Positions 1-10,445 of a stretch of DNA of 64,000 bases are shown piece by piece. Below the pieces are notes generated by a model. That model was given only the letters and a program-made list of their open reading frames with translations. It did not search any database and had not been told where the DNA came from. Numbering within the stretch: the stretch's first letter is position 1; each line of letters starts with the position of its first letter. The DNA is from Rhina ancylostomus (taxonomy: Eukaryota). Where the stretch lies: contig JARFYF010000017.1 in NCBI GenBank assembly GCA_030265395.1, forward strand, positions 19,402,768 through 19,466,767, written 5' to 3'. The position numbers and the translations under genes were made by a program.

Positions 1-205
1 TCCCCCTCAATTGCTTCTTCAATTACCTTCCTTCCATCATAAAGTCAGAAGTGGAGATATTTGCATTAAACATGTTCAGTTATATTCCTGGCTGCTCAGA
101 TATTGAAGCAGTTATCCCTGTCTGCAGCCAAACCTGGACAATATTCAGGCCTGAGCTACTGAACAGCCAAAAGCACTTATTCCACACAATTGCCAGACAA
201 TTTTT
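1..205 (+). mobile_element. Decayed CR1/L2-group LINE RT fragment (INDLPS..FADD region)
   Basis: 'ttcttcaattaccttccttccatcataaagtcagaagtggagatatttgc...acctggacaatattcaggcc' resembles the RT segment FINDLPSIIRSEVGMFADD...DLDNIQAW of a common chondrichthyan LINE. Frames are broken. Confidence 0.65.
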
Positions 206-2234
206 TTTAAAGTAAACTTTCATTCTCACGAAGTGTTGGTTCTGGTATTCAGAGGGAGGCAGAAAGAGAGCAAGACCTGTCCCTGTGTTGGCAACACAGA
301 AGTCCAACTGAATTTAACAGCAGGGGCTCCATTCATAAGCTTAGAAATTTGGTTGCCTAGTTCTGTTCATTTCAGCTCTACGTGATTGAAAGTGCACTCA
401 CCATGATTTGAAACATTTCCACATAACTTCAGGTCAGTCTGGACAGTAGACTGGGCTCTTCTCTGCCTGAATCACATGAACAGCTGAAGTGTTTTCCACA
501 TCACACACACAACAAGTGATGTCATGCCTTGTACAATAGTACCTTTTGGAGCACTGTGGGAGAAATTATTCCAAGTTATCCTGGGAGCAACTGTTGTTGG
601 GCAATTCTGGGTCAATTGGATTTTCACTGCGATTGGGTTTTTGATTAAATTCTTTCACGTAACACACAAAAATGTTGACCTATGCAACAGAAATGTTGAG
701 GCCAAAATATTTGAAACCACAAATAAAACTATTTCCTGATTAAAGGAACAAATCACATCCAAAATGTCCACTCATCCTTCCCTANNNNNNNNNGAGACTT
801 TCCTAACAAATGCAATGAGCCAGTAATGGACTAAATCTTGGCAACAAATATATCAAGACAAAAACCTAGTGCAAAAGTTCAATAAATGTGTAAATAAAAC
901 ATTCATAATGGCATCTGTGATAAGTATAATTTATCCAACTGAACTGAGCTGATAACCTTTAGCCCTAAAGCTGTTTGTGGGTTCTAAAGTGAAAATCATT
1001 CAGTAACATACATCATACGTGTACAGGTTTGAAAATTAGCTATTATCATGCAAGTTTCTTTTAATACAAAAAGTTAACACTTTGGTTTACATTGAGAAAG
1101 GCTTCTGACCAAGTTCTGTATTTGGAAATGGTCCCTTCTCCCTGGAATGTTATAATTAACATTTTCCTGCTTTTTGAAATCATTCCTCTTCACTTTACAA
1201 CACTACGATAGTCAATATTGGGGGGGGGGGGAAGAGAAGGGGGGGGAAAAACACAGGCACCAGTTTGAAAAGAAAAAACTTCCATTTATATAGTGTCATT
1301 TCAGGACCTCACAGTATCTACAAGCTCCATACACATAATGAAGTGTATTGAATTGTATTTATGTTGCAATGTATAAATCACAAAAGCCTTTTGTGCAAAA
1401 TAAGTTCTACAAATGGTTATGAGATAATGACGGGATAATGGTACAGAAATTCTGGTGCACCCTAGTGGGTATGCTAGATAGCCAGTGTGGCTGTGCATCA
1501 ACAACCATTTGAGTTGATAGTTCTTTGGGCACTGCACATGTGTCAGCATTGAAAATGTGCTGTCTGGTACACCATTCCAAAGCTAGTTTCAGGTGCGTGT
1601 AGGAGTCAATATTGGAGGGTGAAGCAATCAGCAGTGGCTGGGTAAGGATGGGGCACGGGTGCAGTGCTGTTTAGTAATCAGAACCAGCGTGTGGCCTGGT
1701 ATAACAACAACTGGGAGCAACGTGTTCATTTTNNNNNNNNNNNNNNNNNNNNNNNNNNNNNNNNNNNNNNNNNNNNNNNNNNNNNNNNNNNNNNNNNNNN
1801 NNNNNNNNNNNNNNNNNNNNNNNNNNNNNNNNNNNNNNNNNNNNNNNNNNNNNNNNNNNNNNNTATAGGGTGAGGGGTGCCAAAGATCTATACAAGTAAT
1901 TTTCTTACTTGCTAAGCATTCCAGTCCAGCACAGTGCTGTTCAACCCAGGTAGTTTCATGACTACACAATGACAAGTACCTGCAGGACAACACACTCCAA
2001 GTTCTGCAATACTCCAGGAGTTTTGCACAGGAAATGTCATCATTTGCAGACCAAGGCTGAAATCACTCCAGGGTTGCAAAGGTAATATGCACCAGGAAAA
2101 GCTTGATCGATTTTCCAGAGCAGCAAAATAACACCTGGAAATGATCATTATTTCATTACACTTCAGAAAAATAAAGTCTATTTTAAATTGCATAACTGAA
2201 AAAAGTATCATACAATTGATTCTCCAGGCACATC

Positions 2235-2470
2235 TGTTTTTTCACTATTGGCGGAGGGATAAGTATTGTCTAGGACATCAAGGAAGAAACCTCTGCTTTC
2301 CTTTGAAATACTGCAAGAGATGCTTATGTCTACCTGGGAAGGCTGATGGGGTTTTACTTCAAAGGTTTAACTGAAAGCCTGTGATGTGCAGCACCCCTCA
2401 ACTATCAGCCTAAATTTAGTGCTCTGGGCCCTGGATTGAGGCTTGAGTCAGGAGATTGTCTTCTCACTCC
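2235..2470 (-). mobile_element. Decayed Deu-domain SINE (SacSINE1/AmnSINE-like)
   Basis: The reverse complement resembles the + strand copy at 57.72-58.12 kb ('gtcctagacaatacttatcc' vs 'gtcctaggcaatatttattc'). Confidence 0.55.
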
Positions 2471-2958
2471 TGTACAAAAATCGAACAGCAGAAGGCTGTT
2501 ATTCTCTGCAGTTACCAACTCTTTCCCTGAGTGCAGATGGCAAAACTGTAGGACTGTATGAGCCCTGACAGACTGGTGATGAGCTTTACTCAGACAGAAA
2601 TTTTTGATTTTAAATGTTTGAATCAAATACATAAATCCCTCAACATCAGTATGCTTAATCTTCCTGATGAACATTGCTACATCTGGCACAACTATGTCTG
2701 CCTTGAAATCTATCCCCAGTCAATAGCTCTAAACAGGATATGCTGGTACAAATGTATATTTTGCACTTGCAGATTACTAAATAGCACACTTTACATGACC
2801 AACAGGCAATTTAAAAGGTAATCAACATTTTGCTTCCAATTATTTTAAAACATGGAGATGATGTTCAACTTTTGACAATAGTAGTGGTGTAGGTGCAGGT
2901 TGGGGATGAAGGGGTGGTGGTGACACAGACATTGATACTTCTGCTATGCATACTCAAT

Positions 2959-3072
2959 AGATTATGCAAGAGCCTTGATCTGTTCAATTGATATCTGCAC
3001 TGTCACCAACTGCTACAGATTATGCAAGAGCCTTGATCTGTTCAATTGATATCTGCACTGTCACCAACTGCT
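2959..3072. repeat. Perfect 56-bp tandem duplication (period 58)
   Basis: 2959-3014 and 3017-3072 are both 'agattatgcaagagccttgatctgttcaattgatatctgcactgtcaccaactgct', separated by 'ac'. Confidence 0.95.
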
Positions 3073-3689
3073 TCTTTATACAAATTGAGCTCCTGTGCCA
3101 TTGCAAAATTCAATCACAAAAGAATGAAGAGTGCAATTTTTGCCCCACTCACATTTATCAAGTGGTCAGTGAGATTGGGTCTCATTAAATCTGAAACTAT
3201 TCTTGCCTTCAAAAGGCATGTTATGAATTGCAATTAGCCAGCAAACTTACTCATATGCACTCTATGGTAACAAACTCATCATGGAAAGCTTACATTGATC
3301 AAACAAACTGATGGTAATGGAAATAGATTATTCAGAAGCCACTAAACCCACATGTCCACCTGAGCACCCAGCCACATAGAGAGAATACTGCAAAGTAATT
3401 ACACAATTCCCCACCTCCTCTCCTCCCTCTCTCAAGAAAATACTTCATTGTTTGTTACATAACTGACTTGCCAGCAAAATTTTCCAGATTATGAGGACTG
3501 CAGTTTGGGAAAACCTAAAGATTTAATGGCTCCTTTGGTGAGCTTTGCCACAAATTTACCTTCCTGCTGGAAAGCTTCAATCATGTGAAGGAGATAAAGA
3601 GAAAGGTAAAGTCCTTCTGGGCAACCACAGTTAATCTGATTGATAAATAAATAGAAAAGACCTAACCAAAGCACACCAAATCATTCCAG

Positions 3690-3780
3690 AACAGCAAACA
3701 ATCAGCAGGCCAAGCAGCATCTGCTGTGGGAGGAAAGGAATTGTCGACATTTCAGGTCAAAACCCTGCATCAGAACTGAT
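3690..3780 (-). mobile_element. Penelope-like element terminal (pLTR) fragment with hammerhead-like motif
   Basis: 'cagcaggccaagcagcatctg...gtcgacatttcaggtcaaaaccctgcatcagaac'. The minus strand reads gtt-CTGATGC-agggt tttg acct-GAAAT-GTC-gac. Confidence 0.65.
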
Positions 3781-5399
3781 GTGCTAAAATAACTGGTTTG
3801 GGGCTTGAACCTGTCATTCTATGATTAAGATGTAGGTGTTATCATTGGGTGAAAGCCAAGATCAAAAGATGATTGAGGTTATAAAGGGGAGAGAAATAAC
3901 TTTATCCTGTTTCCCAGATGCTGTGACTCCCTAAATGAGCACCTTGGAACAGACATGAACCTTAATTTTTCAAAAGATTTGTTGTAATGTACAAAATCTT
4001 GGGCTGCACCTTCTGTTAGGTAGCAATGTTATGAAAAACTGTAATATATTATCGAGTCTACACCTAAACTCGCAAATCTTATGTTCAAAGGTTAATGAAG
4101 GCTACTCATCATTCATTGTACTTACTCCTACCCACAGACTTTGTGCAAAAGTTGCTTAAAATTCTTTCTAGCACAGAACCCACAAGAAGGAATCCAACCT
4201 GGTCAGGGAACAGGGTAATGGGGAGGTGGTTAATTAATTGCATTGAAGAATCTTCCCTGAGCCCTGCCAGAGTCTAAATCAGGAAGTATAAATTAGAATG
4301 TAAAACTTATTGTAAAATCATACTCAAAAATATAGAGAAGAGGGAGGTTTGGAGATTAAAAAACAGAAAGGAAATATTAAATATTAATGTTTTACTTTAC
4401 CTTTTTAAAAAATCTAATAGTAATGAAGGATTCTGAAGGAAAGAGATGCCACATTTGTAAAATTAATATTTCAGGGTTTGCAGTTCAACAGTAATTAAGA
4501 GTTATCTCACTGTTAAAAGTTTCTAAGTACTGTACACCAGCCTTAAATTTTCTAACAAGTTTAATGGGTGCCTCACATGTAAGAATATCAACTTGTCATT
4601 CGTACACTGATTTGAAAGTTAGATCTATTAGTGAAGTCCCAGCTTGCGGAGGAGCAGGGAAAGTCAGACTGCAACTTCCAGATTTCTGTGTTTAACTCTA
4701 CCTGCACAGACTCCAGAAACTGCCACCCAATTTGTTCAGTGAAGGTCCTGAATGCAATCAGCCTTACCAGGACTGCTTAGGGTGCATATGAATGCAAAGC
4801 TGGTAATGTTATTCAGGCTACTAGGCACACTAAAACTAGAGGTCTAAAACAGCCAGCAGCAATCCCTCACACAATCACTTGAGATTGCATATGATATAGT
4901 TTAACTCATGTCTTTTTACATATAATTAGATACATGCTATCTTAATGGAACTAATCTGTTGCATTACAATAAGGGAAAAGCCCAAAAAAACAACTGCACA
5001 AGCATCAATTTGTTAATCCATGCTGATTGATTTTGTTTCACATTGATGCCTATGACATCATTGGAAGCTATTGTTTGGAAAGGCATTGAATATGTAACAA
5101 TGTTGATCCAGAGCAAACTCAGAGAACCCAAATGCAGCACACTGATACAAGACTGAAGTCAGGATACTTCCTCAGGACAAACACAGGCAGTAACTGNNNN
5201 NNNNNNNNNNNNNNNNNNNNNNNNNNNNNNNNNNNNNNNNNNNNNNNNNNNNNNNNNNNNNNNNNNNNNNNNNNNNNNNNNNNNNNNNNNNNNNNNATGG
5301 AATCCATGTGCTGGACAACAAGGCATTAATGGAGCCAAATTGAGGGCCAGAACTCAGAACCATGACAGAATCAGTTGGTCATATAATCCAACGCTTCAA

Positions 5400-5495
5400 T
5401 AAATACTATCCAAATACTCAGCAGGTCAGGCAGCATCTGTGGAGTAAGATGCTCCCAGACCTGCTGAGCATTTTCTGTTTTTCTGTTAGATGTTG
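5400..5495. mobile_element. Collapsed Penelope-derived hairpin remnant
   Basis: 'aaatactcagcaggtcaggcagcatct' is followed shortly by an imperfect inverted copy 'agatgctcccagacctgctgagcattt'. Confidence 0.65.
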
Positions 5496-5499
5496 AACA

Positions 5500-7950
5500 G
5501 ATGCAGGTTTGCAGTATCACTTTCTCTCTCACAAAGATTCTGAAAAATAGAAAGTCACACTAACATCAACATCATTAAATGGCAAGACAGTATTATTTTT
5601 ATGGTGGTTTTCTCCACTGAAATACAGACCTTCTGACAAATTCCACACAGTTCCTCTGATATGGGATGCCCTCCTCCAACATGACCTCTCTAACCTGTTG
5701 TCTGGTGTGTCAAGTCACCATTGTCTTCTGCCACAGCTGCTGTCCATCTGATTGAACTTTATCCTGAGTGTGTCTCCAGCTCTTGACAGTGTCTGTAACA
5801 TCTCTGTTGTAGCAATGTGCCTGTCTTTTTTTTGGCTGCCTCTTTCTCCTACATTGTTTTTCACTCTTTGTCCCAGCAGGATTCCTGTTGTTAGGAGCAG
5901 AGTTGTGGTTTTTCTGATCCTAAGTCTCCGTGGCCTGCTCATCATCCCTCTGGCTTGGTTACTGCAGAAGGCTAGGATACTCATGGAGGGATCTGATGGT
6001 TATAATTTGGTTTTGCTCTGCAGTGTATTAGTCATCTTCACTTTATTTTCTGCCTTTCCATAACCCTGTGAAAAGTTACCTGATGTATCCAGCCCTTTGA
6101 AAAACTCTCAGGGTTGTCTGCTGGGAACTGAAGCCCATTATCTGAGGTCAGCACCTCAAGGCAAACAGTCCTTCAGGCTTGCAGATGGCCAGTAATGAAT
6201 GGTTGTGCTCTACAAAGTCTATCTTGTAAAATTTGAAGAATAATAAGCTATCACCAGATACATTTTCCCCTCTAAGTAGAAAAGACCTGATCTGACTTTT
6301 GCCCAAAGCTCATCCAGGTATTTTCTTCTGCTTGTTCCTTTTTAGAGATCTGAAAGTCTCTTTTCTGTATGTGGTCTTTGGTCTTGATTCCAAAAGGCAG
6401 TCTTCTCCAACAATACCTAATAAATATTGCATTGAAATAGATATGAGCTCTCCTCATCGAAGTCCCATTCTTTCCATCCAACACACTGAAAATTTTATTC
6501 CTCTCAGATCTGGCAAAATATCTTCTAACTTCCTCATAGAGTCGTGGCTCCACAAAGGTCTCCTGGGCCCATGTGGATCCTTACAACTTAAGTTCTCAAC
6601 ATAAATCAGACTGAATATCCTAAGGTAAGTTGTATCTACCAGGACTACCAACTCCGTCTTGCTCAGTCTCTCTTCTTCAGCTTTAAGTTCACCTTGAGAG
6701 GTACTGGTGAGCGTACTACAGGCAGCTTCCTCTCACCTAGGACCAGTTGATACTTGTTTTCCATTTTCCCTGTTCCATGGAAAACCTCTGCATATTCATC
6801 TGTGTGCTGTGCAGCTGAAGTGATTGCTTGCATTGAATCAATCTTCATGATCCGATCACGGTGTAAATTTATCAGTTCCATCTGCTGTACTGTACTACTT
6901 CCAAGTCCGGATGTGACATCTTTCCGGTCTACTACAATTGGATCCACATTCTGACTCTTTGGGCTCACCATCTCCAGAGGATATTTCCCTTTATTGTAGT
7001 CTTGTATATTGACAGAAATGTGGCATAGGTTTTAACAGTATCATATGGAGATTGTTGATTTGCTTTGGGACAAATTGTCCCCAGGTCAAGCTGAAATATC
7101 ACTGGATGTCCTCGCATTAATGTTATGTCATAGATACATCCAGTGAATACTCCTTCCACAGGATTAAACTTTGTTTGGCACCAGGTAGCATTGTCTCCAA
7201 CTGGTACTCTGAATCTGACCCTCCCTACCTCCCTGCACAGCTCCATCCACTCTATGGACTTTTGATGACCTTTTCATCCTATACAATGGCTGTCCCACAT
7301 TTCTGTCCAGGCACTGGATAGCCCAGAAAATTATGGACCTCTGTAGAGTTAACTCTGTCTCATATAGTAGCTGTTTCCTCAGGTTGGTCCCCTGGATTCC
7401 ACCAGTAGTCCTATCTCTAATGACTGAGTCCTTCAATACTGCAAAACTGCAATTATTGTTTAAAAGCTCTGTTAAGGAAGTATTAAAAGCTTCTCCCTGC
7501 TCCTACAACTGTGCAAAGAACCTGGAACTGTCAATTTTTTTCACTTCTTGGTGGCTAGCCATGTTCATGCATCTCGTGCATTCTCCGAGGATTTGTTTAG
7601 TCTGCCTACTCTACCTTTAGTTTAGTTTACCTACTTTAGTTTACCTACTCTAGACAATATGCATTGCAAAATCTTTCTTCCACTGTCCCTAGTCTCTAGT
7701 CTCTGGACAAGTTACTGTATGTACCTAAAAATCAAGCAGATCAGGCAGTTTTATTTACTCCATTGTGTATTATTCAACTAAATCACATAGCTCACTGTGT
7801 CTCACTGCACATCTACATGTTACCTCAGTTTGGAAGGATCACACCCAGTATTCAGTATTCCAAATCAGGCATGGCATCTAAATTCATTAATCAGCATCTC
7901 TGACACAGTTTCTTAGTATCTTTCTCTCTCTAAAATGCTGAACAATGTTG
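5500..7950 (-). mobile_element. Internally deleted, decayed Ty3/Gypsy LTR retrotransposon (gag-PR-RT-IN)
   Basis: Minus-strand motifs in Gypsy order: gag (DSVIRDRTTGGI..NLRKQLLYETELTLQR, 7436-7330); protease-like IFQLDLG (about 7090); RT (KIFSVLDGKNG...RYCWRRLPFGIK, 6500-6375); integrase (WAKVRSGLF..GKMYLVIAYYSSNF about 6305-6225, LTSDNGLQF 6151-6125). Many stops and frameshifts. The ends are approximate. Confidence 0.85.
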
Positions 7951-9139
7951 GTTGATTCAACCTACCAAACAAGATGCTCTATTAAATAATGAAAAGCTTT
8001 CAGTATCAAGGCTTCTTACTGTGGCATTCTCTACAGGGACAAATAGATTCTCTGGAAAGTTCCACACCAAACAACATTGAACGATGTAGAGAGCAGCTGA
8101 TCACATGGTATAATTCTTATGGAGGCACCAACCTACAGTATATTACACATCTCAAGGATATTATCATGTCACGTGAAGATAAGTGAGGCAAGAAGTTTCA
8201 ATGGTAGATGCACTTGTTGTTAACCAAGCTGTGGACAGATCCAGTGTTTAATTGTTTTTATTGCAGTATGCAAAACCACAATCAGTGGCATTATTGTTCA
8301 AGAGTCACTGAAGAAGATAGATACATACTGCAGGAATTAAATCTATTTTCCATGCAGCCAAGCTCTTTCAGAACATTTTGAGTTTTGGCACTGATTTGCT
8401 TCACTTATTGGCATTTTGAAGCCTTCTGTAATTCTGAGCGCTAATCTCAGTATTTTATATAATTAAGGAAAACGTATCAAGTATTCCTTTTTCTAAATTC
8501 CAAGTTTTGCCGATTCCATAAATACAGTGTCAGGAATTGTCAAATAAAGCCAGTGTATGTAGTCACGCCAGGAAACACCCACCTTCTCTCAAAATAGCAG
8601 CTGAAACTACTATTGAAGGAAATAAACCTTCCTATAAGACAACAGTCAGGCATAATCCAGAAAGTTCCTTTCGAAGAAAGTACATTTTTTCTTAGCAGCT
8701 AATGTATAAATAATTTCTTTCGGAGTCCATCACAAATTATCTCACCCAAAATTGGAACACCGAGAGCCCAACACCTCATCTAAAAGGTTTCTGCCTCAAA
8801 TTAGTGCTCAAAAGTTGATGTTTCTTGGCTCCTCTTCTCAACAAATCTGGAATGGACAATGAAAATTCAACCACCGCCACCTTCTAAAAATGACCGAATT
8901 GAGCCAACTACACACTGGCATTGCAAGTAGACCAGACCTGGGAAGGGTGGAAGATCCTTCCCTAAAGAAACATTAGCTGGGCTTTTATAACCAGCATACT
9001 AGATGTGATGGTAATTTTCTTGTACTGGCTCATAATTTCCCAGATTTTCAATACGGCATTTGAGTAGAAAACCTTTTAATTGCTAAGATACCAGCTGTCT
9101 ATCATACACCCATACAAAAGCATCCTTTACCAATTTTGG

Positions 9140-9390
9140 AGACACAAGGGACTGCAGATGTTGGAGTCTGGAGCAACACACAAGATGCTGGAGGAATTCT
9201 GCGGGTCAGGCAGCATCTATGAAGAGAAATGGACAGTCAACATTTTGGGTCGAGACCCTATATCTGGACTCAGATAAAGGATCTTGACCCGATCAGTCCA
9301 GATGAGGGGTTCCGACCCGAAATGTTGACTGTCCATTTCTCTCCACAGGTGCTGCCTGACCCATTGAGTTCCTCCAGCATCTTATGTGTA
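9140..9390. mobile_element. Penelope-derived palindromic (inverted pLTR) element with about 95-bp arms
   Basis: The left arm (about 9176-9270, 'acacaagatgctggaggaa...ggacagtcaacattttgggtcgagaccc...tctggact') is the imperfect reverse complement of the right arm (about 9295-9390, 'agtccaga...gacccgaaatgttgactgtcc...ttcctccagcatcttatgtgt'). Confidence 0.85.
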
Positions 9391-9764
9391 ACCAATTTTG
9401 AATTGTCTTTTTTTTAATATTACATGGTGAAGTTGTCAATATTATAAAACAAACCATGTCACAATATATTTTGGTTTAAAAGCACAGTGGTGGTGTAACT
9501 GCCAATCAGTGATTTCTGGAACTGGAGAAATACAGCGATATGGTGAAAAAAATTGGTTCAATAGAAATCTTCAATTCACCATGTGAAGTGTCTGTGATTT
9601 CAATTCATCCATTCAATGATGTTCAATCAAGGCAACATCCTGCCCCAATCATGGCATCAAAGCCAAAAGTCAAGATGCCCTTGGCCACTTTCCTGCACCG
9701 CCTAGTGGTCAATTATAGTACAGCATTGATAGGTACCTGTGCATTATCAGGGCACCATCTTTTT

Positions 9765-10445
9765 GTTACTTATTCATTTGTTGGGGTGCAGGCATCACTT
9801 CAAGGCTAGCATTTATTGTCCATCCTTGATTGCCCGAGAGAAGGTAGTGGTGAGCCACCTCTTTAACTGCTGCACTCTTTGTGGTGAAGAACCTCTCAAT
9901 GCTGTTGGATGGGGAGTTCTAGGATTTTGACCCAACAACAAGGAAGGCACAGAATATATCCAGGAGGGTGTGTGAATTGGAGGGGAACCAGTAGGTGGTG
10001 GTATTGCCCACTGCCTTTGTCTTTTTTGCTGGTTGAGGTCGTGGGTTTGGAAAGTGCTATCAAAGTAGCTTTGGTGAGTTAACGCCATGCATTCTGTACA
10101 CACTGCTGCTGCAATGCAAAGAAATGAATTTTTAGTCTGGTGGACAGGTGCCAATCAAACAGGTGCTTTGTTCTGAGTGATGTTCAACTTTGTGGGTGTT
10201 GTCAGTGATGCACACAGCCAGGTAAGTGGGGAATATTTGATCATATTGCTGACTTGGGCATTGCAGATGACAGAAGGGATTTGGGGTATCAGCAGGTGAA
10301 TCATTCATCACAGGACATCCAGCCACTGATCTGCTCTTCTTGCCATAGTGTTGATGTGTTTGGTCCAGTTGAGTTTCTGATCTATAGTGACTGGCTGAAT
10401 GTCAATGGAGGGTGACTTGATGACAGTATTGAGAGAAGTGGCCAT
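9765..10445 (-). mobile_element. CR1/L2-group LINE 3' fragment (post-RT region and 3'UTR)
   Basis: ORF 10308-10493(-) VTIDQKLNWTKHINTMARRADQWL matches the LGVTID.KL.W..HI....RA..RL motif downstream of LINE RT. Confidence 0.75.

Noticed and set aside
1219-1246. Poly-G tracts as a functional G-quadruplex
   Set aside because: A simple homopolymer with no supporting context, and such tracts are error-prone in assemblies.
4270-4760. Probable old unclassified repeats (also about 17.9-18.4, 24.5-24.8, 32.5-33.0 and 57.5-57.7 kb)
   Set aside because: They look repeat-like, but I could not define termini or family from this window alone.
5752-6063. Hydrophobic 103-aa ORF resembling a membrane protein
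   Set aside because: It is antisense to the purine-rich integrase end of the Gypsy relic, so the hydrophobicity follows from T-rich codons.
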